Shown: positions 12,610 through 27,149 of the stretch, piece by piece
How positions within the stretch are numbered: position 1 is the stretch's first letter
Layout of the letters: each line of letters starts with the position of its first letter
Source: Octopus vulgaris
Taxonomy: Eukaryota
Length of the DNA: 64,000 nt
Direction: 5' to 3'
Assembly (NCBI GenBank): GCA_951406725.2
Contig: OX597819.1
Span: 68,510,001-68,574,000 of the forward strand
Made by a program: the position numbers and the translations under genes
Notes under the pieces: generated by a model
What the model was told of the DNA's origin: nothing
What the model saw: the letters and a program-made list of their open reading frames with translations, nothing else
Database searches by the model: none

Positions 12610-12644
12610 ATATTTCCCTTTTAAAAATAAAACCTATGGTCGAC

Positions 12645-12850
12645 AAGCTGACACATTTGTTAGCACGCCCGGCAAAATGCTCCGTAGCATTTCGCCCGTC
12701 TTTACGCTCTGGGTACAAATTCCGCCGGGATCAGCTTTGCTTTTGATCCGTTTGGGGTTCATAAAAAATAATAACCAGCTGAGTACTGCAGTTGATGTAA
12801 ACGACTTACCCCCGTGACCAAACTGCTGGCCTCGTGCCAAAATATCAAAG
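12645..12850 (+). mobile_element. Meta-type SINE
   Basis: gttagcacgcccggcaaaatgc...caaattccgccggg...ctttgcttttgatccgtttggg. Confidence 0.7.
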
Positions 12851-14538
12851 GAAAAGTCACAGAAGGAACTCTTTAATCTTAATTGTTTACCTCATGTATT
12901 TATGCATATAGTTTGTAGATCACCTGAAGATGCCGTGTCAAACTAGTGTTTATACACTCTGGGATATTTAGCTCACCACACCGTAACGCAACACCGATGA
13001 AACTAATCATAGAACAATCGAAGATGTAAGATTTATTCCTTGTTTCCTTCAAAATATATTTCCCATTTTCGTATGTTTTTAGGTATCCAATCTTTCCATA
13101 TGACACTTCTCTTTTTACATATATTCTTGAAAATCTGTAACGCTGAATAACGGATTCGTGGTATTTAGCTGATAATAGACTTTTGAAGGAGAAATTCCGA
13201 ATAAATTTATGCAGATCTGAATTCTTCCGGTCATTCATTCTCCATTTTCTAAAATGATCTTATTTTCGCCAAAACGAATGAAAGGTTAATGCATCTGGCT
13301 GAAAGATAATTTTACACGAGCGGTAAGCATTTCGCTGTTTCCCTAGACACAAGACATTATTCAATGCAGATCTGTTCACGTAATAGCAGTGAATAAGTCT
13401 TTAGTATTGTTTCATTCTGTGCTTTCTTGGCGCAAAGTGAATTATTTATAAGCTTTTCTCATGGTCGGACTCCTTTCTCTCGGCGATAAAACTCCAGTAT
13501 CTATTCTTGATAGAGTGAGGAAGTAACACAGGACATATACAATGTATCATTCTTCTAAAAATACAACAGCATGCCAACAATGCTTTCAAGTATATAATCA
13601 ATAAACTCGCAATGAAAATACATTCAACTCTGTCACATGTAAGAAGAATACATAACAAAGTCCTTAATATGAGAATTGCAGAGATTTGAGGAATGTGTAA
13701 CCAAATCTTAGTCACTATTGTTCTCAGGTCTACTTTGACACCATGTAGTAGTATCTTAGAATGTTACAGAATTGTCCTCGAAAGAAGGTCACTCACAAAT
13801 ACCCCAATGACCGAAAGAGCTGAAATGGCAGACGAGATCCTTCAACGTTATTGTTATCCAACTAAAAGAAGGTGATCCCATATAAATCCAGGACACTGAT
13901 AACTACTGGTATCGTGACACTGGCTGCACCAGACCAATATAACGTTAAAGGGCGAGAGAGTGGGACGGGTTCTGTACAGGCCATACCTACGATAATAATG
14001 ATCCCTTGCTTCTTTGTGATGTATTGAGTGTTTCGAAAAGGCTAAGGGAATAAACCCATACGAAAACCACGAAGGAAGGAACTCTAAGATACATGTCTAG
14101 GGTCATGCATAACAATATCTGGCACATCCTGGATGCTGGGAACGTATTGACTTGTCTTTCTATTGTGGCTTAAATATGAGTGTGGTGTTGGTTAATATAT
14201 TTTCTGAGAGTTATTTGCTTCTGGAGACAGCCCAGGCACAACAGAGGTGGTTAAGTTACCATTGACCAAAGCCAAAAAATTTCCAACCACATATCTAAGG
14301 ATCTACAGATATGACCGATGCATGATAACGTGTGTATAAAGTGTTTTTCTAGGCATTCTTTCGACACAATTCACATTCGATAATGTAGTCCTTCTTGGTC
14401 AACGTATGATAGAAAACACCATGAACGATACAATTGTGGGATACTTTCAGTCATAGCTCATCATATTTCTGCTCAAGCATAACCCACCTGGAGTTAAGCA
14501 ATAACAAAAAGAACAAAACGAGAAACAATATCCTAAAT

Positions 14539-14858
14539 CAGAGGTTCTCAAGCTTTTAGGGCCACCGCCCCACTCATGGCCATATAATACCCTCAGCACC
14601 CCACCTCTATTTTTATGTTTAAATAAATATTTTATATTTTACTAATTTATATAAACTATGAATCGTTTGATATTTAATATAATATTACATAATTTGTATA
14701 CAAACTATAATAATATTATAATAAATTCATAGCGTCCCCTAATCCACTGCCTTCCTTCCAACGCCTCCTTTTTCTCTACCGATTCCTCAGCCACCAGCGA
14801 CCAACTGGAACGTCTCAGCGCCCACTTGGGTGGGTAGCGCTTACTTTGAGAACCTGTG
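14539..14858. mobile_element. hAT (Charlie-like) MITE
   Basis: TIRs cagaggttctcaa / ttgagaacctgtg. Degenerate 8-bp TSD tcctaaat / accgaaat. Confidence 0.7.
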
Positions 14859-16980
14859 ACCGAAATGGTCAGCAACTATACGAAAGCTCATGAGCAAAAC
14901 TCTTCATTTTATGTTGTTCCCGTCTGTTCAGCTGCAAATGAGTAACACCTCTAACACACTCACGTCTGATTCATGGAGTTTATTGCGGTTTTGGTCCCTT
15001 ATAGGTCAAGCAGAAGGAAGAACCGGGCTATGACCTTCAGGATTCGTGACAGATATATCTAGAGGTAGATGGTGATAGTAATAACTTGCCTGGAGCTAAA
15101 CAATAACAAGAAAAGCATCTATATGCTAAATAATATGCCTGTATAGGCAGACGTAAACTCGTAAAGAATATCTTCTTGCGCAAACAACGTATCTACGCGG
15201 CCATTTCTCTTTTACTATAAATAGCACACTTCCTATCCAGAGAAAAATACGCCACCCTTTCCTTCACTTACCGTAACTTGCCTATAAAATAGCTGAGTTG
15301 AGTGTTCATCTTAAATATACCTGAAGCTATTGGAAGCAATTCAACTTTATTTAAATACGATCATAATTCCTCTTCTACTTCATCATTGTCGAATGCATAT
15401 ATATATATATTTTTATAATTTTTCCTGGTTTAAATTTGTCAATTTTTCATGTTTTTTTTTCTTTAATTTTTCTTTTGGTATTTTGTTTCACCCTGGTGTC
15501 AGCTAATTCCAAATCAAATAATTTTCAAAAATGAAGTAAACTAAATTAAAATAAATTAAAAATATAACAAAAACAAACAGGAAGACTGGAATATTTCACT
15601 ATTTCTATACATATATGCTTTCTGTTTTTGTCCTCTTTTTATATTACTTTATCATAGAAATTGAATAGTTGGATATGTAAAGAAACGTGTCGGTACGCGT
15701 CAGTGTATAAATATATGCGTGTGTGAGCATGTTAATGCTTATGTGTGTGTGTGAGAGAGAGAGAGAGTGTGTGTGTATGTGTGAGAGAGACTATAGGATT
15801 TAAAATTAACATCATATTATGGTACGTTTGTGTGTTTGGTTCTATAGTGTGAAATCTGAAAATGTCAATATAGAAAATATCGATTCAAGCCAAGACGAGA
15901 AAACAAGAAGCCGTTGAAGAGTAAAGTATTTCGAAACGGCCATTAAAAGAATAAAACAGAAAGAAAGAAACGCAGAAGGAAAGAAAGAAATGAAGATAGA
16001 GTAGAACGATGGAATAAAAAGTAACATAAAAAAATAAACTGCAAGAAAGATGAAAGTTCTTCAAACATATCCAAAGAAAACAAAGCAATAACAAATAATA
16101 ATTAAGAAACACAAAAGCTAAAAGAGAAGGAAAATATGAAGGAAAGAATAAAGAATTTAGAGAAGGAAATGGAGATTAAAGAAGTAAGAACGAATAAATT
16201 CAGAGCAAAAATGGATAAAAAAAAGCGTAACGAAATTATGTAATAAGGTAAATATATGAGTGATTACACATAAAATAGAGGAAGGTAATGGAAAGGGAAG
16301 AAGGAGAATGGCTAGATGAGAATGAATAAAAATGTGATGGAAAGAAAACTGGTAAAAGATAAGGGAGACAATGTTAAAGTAACTGAAACAGAAGATAAAG
16401 ATAAAGTAAAAATAAAAAGGTGTATGGAATTTGGATACAAGAATGGGTAGGAGCAACAGAAAATTGTGTTCGAGAAGAGGGTCAGAAGATAAAGAGTGAA
16501 TGAAACGAGAGGTTGCCTAAGAAATTTTAAATACATAGAAAGAAAATAGTGGAGTAAATACAGAAATAGAAAGACAATGAAAGTGAGAGTGAGAAGTTGG
16601 GCAAAATTTGAGCTGTGATAGCATCTAGGTGAGAGAAAATGAGCCAGAGGATAACATAAGAGTTTAGTAAGAAAGCTGGAGGGAAACATAGTGAAGTTAG
16701 TACAAGCATTGGCGGATTAAATAACCAATAAGGAAGAGCTGAAGCGTGATAGAGAAAGAGGGGGAACGGAATATATATATATATATAGTACAAAGTAAGA
16801 TAGGGGTTATGAGGGTAACCCAGTATGGGATATCAGTTATCCAATATACTGCTGGTGAAGTACCCAAATACTAAATACATAAATGCTTATAATTGCAATG
16901 CAATTAATTCATTTATTGTATTGGATGGGTGAAGGTGAAATACTTTACCGCAAATTCATAATACAAATAAGAAAATGGTA

Positions 16981-17036
<56 letters not shown>

Positions 17037-17049
17037 TAGATATATCGAT

Positions 17050-17712
17050 AGATGACTTTCTTTATTAGCCACACAGGGCCGAACACAGAAGGCACAACAT
17101 TCAATGTAGAGCCTTTCTGTTCGAAAGAGAAAAGAAGAAAATAGAAAAAGGAGGAAAAAATTCCGATCAAAATGGGTCGTAAAAAAATTGGGGGATTGTG
17201 TATGATAGAACAGCAAAAAAAAATGTAAAAAACAGATTAGGTTTATCCGTGGAAAGAAAAGTCCACGAAAAGGCCACGGTAACGTCAGGCAGGGAGGAAA
17301 AAACCTTTGAGAGCAAAGAGCTCTCTCTCTCTTTAGGATTTACAGGATCATGCCCAAAGTTGTTTCGTCATTTGCCCGTATCATCTTTGCTACATTCACC
17401 CACCGGTTATTGAATCTTTCATGAGACAAATCTTGCCTCTGTATTCTCACCTTCCTTTTCAAATAGTACTGGAAAAAGTTGATGAGCGATTGACCAGAGA
17501 GGAGAGTGTTTGTCTCTAAACCTTTCGCTCATGTCCACCACTCACATGTTTTCACCATGGCCACCAGTACGATGAAAACCGCCTTGCCTTCCTGGTTAAC
17601 GGAAAGTGGCAGTGCAATTTTCACGATTGACTCGGGCGACAACCAAATTCGTCCCACACGTGACAGCAGCCGTTCGGCATAAGCACACAGGTCCGAAATG
17701 GTTAGATAGACA
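17050..17712 (-). mobile_element. 3' fragment of an L1/Tx1-like LINE
   Basis: Reverse complement translates to [44 protein letters not shown]...RWVNVAKM, then a pyrimidine-rich 3' UTR and aataaa. Lies between TA and GATA tracts. Confidence 0.5.
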
Positions 17713-17779
17713 GTCAGACATACAGATAGATAGAGAGAGAGAGAGTGAGAGAGATAGTCAGAGAGACAGGCAGACAGCC

Positions 17780-17828
<49 letters not shown>

Positions 17829-18899
17829 TATAGATAGATAGATAGATAGATAGACACATGGATAGACAGACAGTCCGACAGACAGATAGACAGATAGAGA
17901 GAGAGAGAGAGAGAGAGATGAATGTAAATCGGCAGAGAGTTATACATACTTAATTTGTCAGTAAGATACAAAGAGAGGGAAATAGAAAGAGAGAGAGATA
18001 TAAAGATAGAGAAAGAAAGAAAGAAAGAAAAAAAAGGAAAGAAAGAAAGAAAGGAAGGGAGAAAGAAAGCGAACAAGAACGAGAGGCAGAGAGATCTAGA
18101 TTTAGAGAGAAAGTGAAGGAGAGTGGAAGGGAGGGAGAGAGGAAGCGAGAGAGGAAGAGATACAGGAAGATTCAGAGATGGAGAAATGTGAGAGTGGAAG
18201 TATGTGATGTATTAGCAATCTACTTAAAAACGTGATTGCCATTCTATGCAATTGTGTGTCATCTCGGACAACTTGTCCCTGGAATGTGGTGTATGGAAAT
18301 TGTATGAAAAATAAGCGGAAATCCATGAACAACCTCTTCCGGTGTTCTTGTGGCTGTAAGTCTGTGCTGTATGATGTTCTTTTTTTGTTTGATATATCGT
18401 TGTATCTCATGTATAATGTCTGTTGCAGAAGCTCTTATACATGTGCGTGGCATGAAAATGCTTATATAATAAAGAGGAAATGAAGAAAAAAAATAGTTAA
18501 ATTGATATTAGCAACGAATGAGAAGTCACCAGAAGAGTGAGATATGTAATTTTACATCCTCTTTTACATTTTTAAGGGTATATACTGTTTCCATATTGCT
18601 AGGGACATCGTGTATCTTATTCTTAAAGCGACTGACATGCTTAATAGAGAGTGGCGTTATAAAAATATCTTGTTCCAGCCTCTGAACATTTTTGATAAAA
18701 CTTTGAATTAGAAGAGACTAGCGAAGAGATTATGTGTTGTTATTGGGTCACTTATTTGGTTTTGGATTAAGGCTGACACTAAGTTGTTCATATCTCCCCG
18801 AGGATCATATGCATCAGTTGTCAGCTCTCGGAATTTATTCATCATTTAACGGTTGTTCTATTTACCCTCTACTCAAGACGATTGTAGATTAGTTGCGCA

Positions 18900-19450
18900 G
18901 TCAACAAAAACTAACGCAGTTATTCAAAAGATGCACCTGAATTATCAACACAATTTTGCCATTTTATCGGTACTTTATTTATGTCGACAGCGAAAGATTC
19001 TGGAGTGCAAGAGGTGATGAAATCACAAAAGACTGTTTTTGCATCTTCTTCAGATTTGAAGTTTTTTCTTTCCAAAAAGCTGTCTATTGCCTTGAAAACG
19101 TGACAGTCAGATGGTGCAATGTCTGGTGAATATGATGGATGATATTCTACTTCCAAGTTCAGCTTCTGCAGCTTAGGTAGCGTTCTTTGCGCAACATGTG
19201 GTCGGGTTTCACTTGCAAGATAATTGGCCTGTCTCTATTAACCAATCTCAGTTATTTAAATGGAAGTTCACTCATCATTTCATTCAATTGGCTGATGTAA
19301 ACATCCACTGTAATTGACTTACCAGGTCTCATGAAGCTGTAGTAGATGACACCAGCGCTGGACCACCAGACACACACCATTAACTTATTTTTAGTGAATA
19401 TTCTTTGTTTGGATTGCATGTTGGCACTTCGCTTCTATCCAACCTACCGC
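18900..19450 (-). mobile_element. mariner transposase remnant
   Basis: ORF 18920-19156 has HPSYSPDIAPSDCHVF (YSPDLAPSD motif) and W..CVD..G at the C-terminus. Confidence 0.88.
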
Positions 19451-19483
19451 CTAGAACCCTCTATCCATATGATATATGATATA

Positions 19484-19598
<115 letters not shown>

Positions 19599-19777
19599 GG
19601 GAGAGAGATAGTCTTATTTTAATTGAAGTGTCATTCAGTTCCCGTTTTCTTACGTTGAATTATTTCAAATAGACCTCGAAATAATTTACTGTATTTTCTT
19701 TCTGAAAATGTAGTCCATTTCCATAAGTAAATTACCCTTCTAATACTTCCCACTTCTTCTTCTTCTTCTTCTTCTTC

Positions 19778-19827
<50 letters not shown>

Positions 19828-20414
19828 AATAATAATGATAATAATAATAATAATATCATATACACCAATATATTTTTTGCATGTACCTGACGCCTCTGTC
19901 ATGCATAAGAGAAAGAAAATGTCGAAAGAGCTCTAGTAATTTCTGGAAGAGATTTGAAACCACCAGCTATGTATTGTATCACTACTTCCCAGCACCAATG
20001 TCTACTGGCTCATCGAAGCAACAATGATCTGAATGAGAAAATTAACATACTTAAATTTCACACGTGTGTCCAGCTAAAAAGAGAGGAAATGAGAAAGAAA
20101 GAGAGGGAGATGACAGCATGAAAGTCTTTTTGGAGTGGCTGACTATTTAAATTCCTTTCTACCATTGAACTGAAAATGACTCTTGGCTATTAAAGGCCCA
20201 ACCTAACACACACACACAAACATACAAACATACACACAAACACCACACCACGCACACACACACGCATTTGTTTTAGGTCTTCTACTCATTTGTATTCGAC
20301 CGTACACCAGATAACATGATCAGTCTTGCTCCGAAATTTAAATTTTGAATTTGTTTTAATCATAAAATTACATCTCAGCTAAAAAAACAACTTCTGGCTT
20401 TCGAATACAACCAT

Positions 20415-20960
20415 TTCTTTCTCTTTCTATATTTTTTGCTAAGTTACAATTTTTCTGTTTTGGTCAGAATTTTTCCAGTTTCCTTTTTTTTTTTCGTTTA
20501 TTAAGTAATGGACGAAAACATCAAAAAGAAACATTAAATTCATACAGCCGAAAAAAATCTAAAAAATATTTATTCTATTTTTCCCTTTTCGTTAATACGA
20601 ACGAGAGCATAGTATGAGAGAGCTTTGGCTGTTATTTGTAGCAAATTGAACAACCACACAAAGTTGATCAATTGGCTCATTGTTGATGTGTATAAGTATA
20701 CAAAATCTAAAACACCCCCCTCACACACACGCATATATGAATTTATATGTGTGTGTATGGGTGCGATAATAAGTGTCGCGTGGTGGAAATAAACGCAACT
20801 TGCTCTTTCTAAATATTTTGTTAAGTTACAATTTCTCTGTTTTGGTCAGGATTTTTCCAATTTCTTTTTTTCTGTATAAAGTAATTGACGTAAACATTAA
20901 AAAAAATTTAATTTATTGTGTCGAAAAAATCAAAAGTATCAATTCTATTTTTTCCCATTA
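20415..20960. repeat. diverged direct duplication (~170 bp)
   Basis: taagttacaattt.tctgttttggtcag.atttttcca at ~20440 and ~20822, followed by shared downstream blocks. Confidence 0.75.
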
Positions 20961-21139
20961 CTTTTTACTTTCCTACAGTATAATAAATTACCGTATCCGA
21001 TATACTGTGTCCTTGCATATTGGGAGAGGATTTCAGAAATATTTTCATCTTTTAGATAAAAACTGTCTAATACATTCGTATATGTTTTTTAAATGAACAC
21101 TCTGAATCATTTTGGAGATTGTTTGTTTTAATAGCAATT

Positions 21140-21886
21140 TTTAAAATATGGATAATCGCATGAAGGATGCAGCAAGAGTGCGTCCACGTAGAAGGAGAGA
21201 AGAGTTATGCGAGGAACATCCGGAGGAATAAAGGAATCAAAATCCTGTGAGGATGAGACAGAGAAGACATGGGATAAACCAAGAAGAGAGGGAGCGTATC
21301 CTAGGGCATAGGAGGGAAGGAAATCAGCAAAGGATAGAACAAATGAGTCAAAACCAAAGAGAAGTGTATTTTCAAAATGAGAGAGAGATAGAGATCAACA
21401 GAATCGAGAACAACATATGAGTCATGAGCAAAGGCAGCTGTCCTTAGAAAATATGAGAAATTGAGTTGAAGAAAGAAGGGAACATATGGGAGAATCAGAG
21501 AGGCAGAATTATCTTCAAGACATGAGAGTTCAGAAAAGAAGGAAAAATATGGAAGAAGATGAAACACAGAATTATCTTATGACAGACAGAGCTCAAATAA
21601 GAAGACGGAATATAATAAAAGAACAGCAAAATTCTCAATTTAGGATTGGTGAGATGAACGTAGTACGCCCGAACAGTCATGCACGCAGATTTCCGCAGGA
21701 AGCATTTAATTGCTGCTATAATGGTAAGGTTTTCTTGCTTGATCTACGAGAATATTCTGACCAGTTAAAAAAACTTTGGAAGAATACCAACATTGAAGGG
21801 ATGAACTTTAAACAGAACATCAGAAAATATAACTCAATGTATTCATTAGTCTCATTTGGAGCCAATGTTACACCACCCTCTGGCGA
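21140..21886 (+). mobile_element. Helitron RepHel N-terminal remnant
   Basis: R/E/Q-rich repeats, then CCYNGKVFL...FKQNIRKYNSMYSLVSFGANVTPP, resembling the RepHel CC..GKV / NIR.YNS motif. Confidence 0.75.
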
Positions 21887-22375
21887 CAGGCTCTGGAAAC
21901 AGACCCTTGCTTATCTACTATCTACGCCCATTAGAGCTGCACAAAAAAACATCTCTCCTCCGACACGGTTTGCTTCCTGCGCTCGCGAATCTTTATCAAC
22001 AAAGAGGAGGCGGAAGCTTCAGTGAAGAAGTTATTCTCCTCGAAGGACAATAACTAACAGCATGGGATCAAAGGCTTGCAGTAAGGTGTCTGCAGACGAT
22101 GCAACAAGATGGCCTCTACTTTGAATGTGAGACTGCTTTGATTGTGACTTGCTAAATAAAGTAAATAATTCACTAAAATATTGCAAAACTTTTCACTCAA
22201 CATTATATAGATGTATCTAAGTATGAATAATTATTAATACATCTAAATAAGTAACAAAGATGTACAGGTGTCTAGTAAGGTGTTTGACAAGTGTTCATCT
22301 TCGTTACTTTATTTCTTACTGATATTCCGTTTACCTAACTTGGAATCTGCTCTTCGGAACGACTATAGAGAGCCC

Positions 22376-22436
<61 letters not shown>

Positions 22437-22536
22437 TATATTAGAGACAAAACCACTATTATGCAAATCAAACAAAGAAAGACTTAAGCCAATACATAAA
22501 ATAATTTATATAAATTCAAATTTAACAATTATAAAT

Positions 22537-22590
22537 AACCACTACGATCGTTTCGTGTCAGCACATCTTTGAGACATTCTTCAGGTGGTT
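22537..22590 (-). ncRNA. minimal hammerhead ribozyme (intact CUGAAGA core)
   Basis: Reverse complement: aaccac CTGAAGA a-tgtc tcaaagatgtgct gaca-c GAAA cgatcg TA gtggtt. Confidence 0.72.
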
Positions 22591-22794
22591 TCAAAACCTA
22601 AAATATAATCAATATTTTTAAGATATAAATACTCTATATAATCTAAATAAAAATTTACTTACAATAAACTCTATTATTAAATATTATTATATCGAAATCG
22701 ACTATAATGTTAAATATTAACTTTAATTTATAAGGTAGAAAATCCATATTCTAATATCCATTTTAGTCTATATCTACTTATATAGATATTTGAA

Positions 22795-23103
22795 ATGACT
22801 AATATATATAAATTAAACTGTACATGTAGAGATAAATCTAAATGTAAATTAAATAATAAATGTGATATTAATGATGTAGTGTATAAATGTATAGTTACAT
22901 TACATGATAAGAATTTTAAGAATAATAATAACTCAAAAGCGATATATATAGGGTCTACTTCCTCTAAAATAAAATTAAGAATCGCACAACATTTGAATTC
23001 TTTTAAAAATAAAAACTTAATCAACTCCACTGGACTTAGCAAGTACATTTGGAGACTTAAATCCCAAAATATTAATTATAATTTATCTTTGATAAATAGA
23101 TAG
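22795..23103 (+). pseudogene. PLE GIY-YIG endonuclease fragment
   Basis: CTCRDKSKC...VVYKC...YIGSTSSKIKLRIAQHLNSF...STGLSKYIW. Confidence 0.85.
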
Positions 23104-23195
23104 GTTTCGACTTAAGATGGTTTAGGTCATGTCTAATATAATAGCATAATTTATATTAGATAATATTCCCATTCATAATTTTTGTTTATAGTACT

Positions 23196-23775
23196 TATAG
23201 TATTTTTAATACAATATTACTAAGTAAGGAATATTCCTATAAGTATGTGGCTGAGTATCTGTGGCTACTGGATGTTGTTTCTCCTCTGTGTTAGTGTATT
23301 GCAGTGTGCATACGTTTATGTATGAGTGATTGTATGTGTGTGTGCGAGTATGCATAATTAATGTGTAGAAATATAGGGCTGCATTTAAAACATATCCGTG
23401 TCTATATGTATTTGTGTATGTATAGATATATATGTGTGTGTGTGTGTTTGTTTACGTATTTATATATGTTTATTACATACATATAGTATATAGTATTTAA
23501 TACTATTTTGCTAAGAATGAAATATTGCTATAAGTATGTGGTTGAGTATCTGCGGCTACTAGATGTTATTTCTCCTGTGTGTTAGTGTCTTGCTGAGAGT
23601 ATATGTTTATGAATGAGTGATTGTATGTGTGGGTGTGTGAGTATGCATAAGTAATGTGTAGAAGTATAGGGCTGCATTATAAATATATCTGTGTCTATAT
23701 GTATATGTGTATGTATAGATATATATATGTGTGTGTGGGTTTGTGTACGTATTTAGATATGTTTATATACATACA
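23196..23775. repeat. diverged ~290-bp tandem duplication inside the PLE
   Basis: ctataagtatgtgg.tgagtatctg.ggctact.gatg at ~23237 and ~23528. Confidence 0.85.
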
Positions 23776-24169
23776 TGTATATATCTGTGCATGAGCATGT
23801 GTATATATATATTTTTTGTTTTTTGAAATTAGCTATTTCATCTTTAAATATGAGAAATTAAATATATTAGGTCTTCATTATATACAATCGTTTATAGAGT
23901 TTATTTTAGATCTTGATTATAATATTTATATATATTTTCATTGATAATTTATATATATTAGTCATTTCAAATATCTATATAAGTAGATATAGACTAAAAT
24001 GGATATTAGAATATGGATTTTCTACCTTATAAATTAAAGTTAATATTTAACATTATAGTCGATTTCGATATAATCATATTTAATAATAGAGTTTATTTTA
24101 AGTAAATTTTTATTTAGATTATATAGAGTATTTATATCTTAAAAATATTGATTATATTTTAGGTTTTGA

Positions 24170-24224
24170 AACCACCTCAAAGAATGTCTCAAAGATGTGC
24201 TGACACGAAACGATCGTAGTGGTT
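24170..24224 (+). ncRNA. hammerhead copy with disrupted core (CTCAAAGA)
   Basis: Mirror of 22537-22590 with CTGAAGA changed to CTCAAAGA. Confidence 0.6.
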
Positions 24225-24404
24225 ATTTATAATTGTTAAATTTGAATTTATATAAATTATTTTATGTATTGGCTTAAGTCTTTCTTTGTTTGATTTGCAT
24301 AATAGTGGTTTTGTCTCTAATATAATATAATATAATATTTTACTATAAAATTGGATTCAATCCTAAATCTGATTTTTCCCTGTAAATTTGGATTTATTCC
24401 CTAA

Positions 24405-24444
<40 letters not shown>

Positions 24445-25854
24445 CATATTTAAAAACCACATGTCTGAATTACCAAAAGCGGATATCTTCACTTACCTGG
24501 GTTGCGTGTTCTGCACACAAGGCAGGAATATTAGGTACAAGCACCCTTACACGGGGTCTTAAATTTCCATATTCAAGTCATATTGTTGAATTGTGCGGAC
24601 TATACCGAAATAGGAAGGTGACTCAATTTAAGAACCTACTTCAACTGAATCATAGATATATATGTATATCTATGTATATACATAGCACTGTGTTTGCTTA
24701 CGTTCACTTGCTTGACAATCGGTGGTTCTTCGTGTCACCGTAAATTCGCATTTCGTGCAAAGGGAGTGAGAGAATCAATCAGGTTCATACATTAAAACAC
24801 GTAAGTGCTGGTGCGATTTATTCGAGCAAACCTTGGAAATCTCTGTCTCATTATGTCTGAAGTTTAATGACTAAAACAAAAATGAAATAAATGAATGAAG
24901 ACTAACGTGTATCATACCCAGAAGGCGAAAGAGTTATTTTCATGGCATTTGAACCAACAATGATTTGGTAACGTCAACATAGCAAACGTCATTTCAGAAT
25001 TTTAGCATAAAATAAATAAAACAGTTTAATGATATGTAGCTCAATAAAAATAAAATAAAATGTAGAAACGCAGACCTACTTAAGGAGAGAGAGTGAGAGT
25101 GACTGAGACTTTGCAAATTTGTGTTTAAATGACATACACATATGTGTGTGTGTGTATATGTGTATGTGTGTGTGTGTGTGTGTGTGTATGTGAGCAGAAA
25201 TAAGGAAAGATAGAAAGGAAGAAAGAATAAAAGGACTACATAAAAAAATAAATACCTCAAAGAAACAAAACTTTGTGTTGGGAAATATAATTAAAGAAGA
25301 TAAAGTGATAGTAAAAGATAAAGAGAGTTTATGCGTGAGAGAGTTTGAATGACGGACGATGACGCCGGTTAAAGAAGGCAAGCAGACGACACAAAAATAA
25401 AATGTTTGTTGAGTTAGATTGAGAGAACTTCAGTCATTTTAAGCAGACACTAAAAGTAAACAAAATCTTAAGATGACGATTTTTTTCTTCTTTTAAATTC
25501 AATGTAATATTAAAATATATGAATAATAAAACATTGAAAAAAAAATACGTACCGAAAATTGGAATATTAATAATAAAAATAAATATAAAAATAAAAGAAT
25601 GCGCAAATTTGTTATAGTGTCATATTTCTGAATAAATGAATATACTAAAACGACTTTCATTTTATAGAGCGCACAGGAGCACAGGCACACGCACACAAAC
25701 ACACACACATATACATATTCCTATACACACCCATACACACTCACAGAAGAAAGCTTATATTGTATGTATACGTTACATAATCCTGCATGTCAATATATTT
25801 CTATAAGCAGTTATACGCATACACAGCTACACGCAAGAGACGCGCGAGCGCATC

Positions 25855-25951
<97 letters not shown>

Positions 25952-25980
25952 TTCAACTAACCTAAACTTCATATATATAC

Positions 25981-26045
<65 letters not shown>

Positions 26046-26147
26046 TATACCTAAATATATATATATGAATACATGCATATATGATTCATAAATACATATT
26101 AATACATATATATATATATGCATATATAGATGTGTGTATAAATCTAA

Positions 26148-26189
<42 letters not shown>

Positions 26190-26626
26190 GAGAGAGAGAC
26201 AGAGTGAGACGTAGGGAGAGCATGAAAGAGAAGGTGAGGAGTGTAGGGGCTATAAAGACGTGTACGTTTGTACACGTCTTTATATGCTGAAACATGTGCA
26301 TCTACATGCATACGCAATCATATACACATATATACACACATTCATCTGAATAGAGTCAAATTAATGAGCCAAATAGAATGAAAATGAAATTAACATTTTA
26401 TAAAAATATGTAAATAAATAAATAAACAGCGATTAAAATGAAAAGAAAATGGCGTACAGCAAATAAAATGCATAAAAAAAAATAATATCAAAATATAAAA
26501 TTACAAGTGGGTAAAAAATTAAAAACACATAAAGAGCAAACAAACGATAAGAAGTAAGACGGTTAGCTTCAAATGACAACAAACATTAAAAACACTTTAT
26601 TATAACTACCATTATTAGTTGTAGAA

Positions 26627-27030
26627 AAGGCGGTGAGCCAGCAGGTCGTTAGTACGTCGGATATATGCTTAACAGCATGTATTCCGGTGTTGTGTTCTTA
26701 GTTCAAATCCGACCAAGGTCAAATTTACGTTTCATTGTTTCTGGTTTGATGATATAAAGTACCAGCCGAAAACTGCGGTCGATGTATCAACTAACCTGCT
26801 GCCCGCGATATTGCTGGCTTCGTAGCAAAACTTACAACGATCATTTGTAATAAGAATCGTGTGTTTGTGTGTCGGACGAAATATACTGCTTCTAGATATT
26901 TATGTTCTGAGATCATATCTCATTGATGTCAAATTTCACCTTCATCCATTAGGGTGCCAATAAAATTAAGTAGCAATCGAGGACTGGCGTTGATATATCG
27001 ACTAACGCCCTGTCCGTAAAATTGCAGGCA
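26627..27030 (+). mobile_element. two tandem decayed Meta-type SINEs
   Basis: aaggcggtgagcc...gttcaaatcc...gtaccag, then a second partial copy from ~26870. Confidence 0.65.
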
Positions 27031-27149
27031 TTGTAACTGAATTGTATACCAATTCTAGCGAAATAAATGTCAGAGATGCCTTCCTCCACTCAGAAACTTC
27101 AGAAGTTTCTGGGATGTTTTGTAATCATTTCTATATTCACTGCAATGCT

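Larger units (their letters stand above)
22431..24410 (+). mobile_element. Penelope-like element with inverted pseudo-LTR and GIY-YIG fragment
   Basis: 22431-22815 is the reverse complement of 23945-24330. GIY-YIG fragment between them. 3' extension to ~24410. (TA)n on both sides. Confidence 0.88.

Noticed and set aside
13500-13980. Possible RTE-like LINE remnant
   Set aside because: Only faint hints (FKY, RDTG), too decayed to support.
22300-22362. Minus-strand CCGAAGA...GAAA motif
   Set aside because: Stem II is irregular and there is no stem III palindrome or pairing.
23095-23140. Minus-strand gac...gtcGAAAcctaTC half-hammerhead
   Set aside because: No convincing core or stem I.
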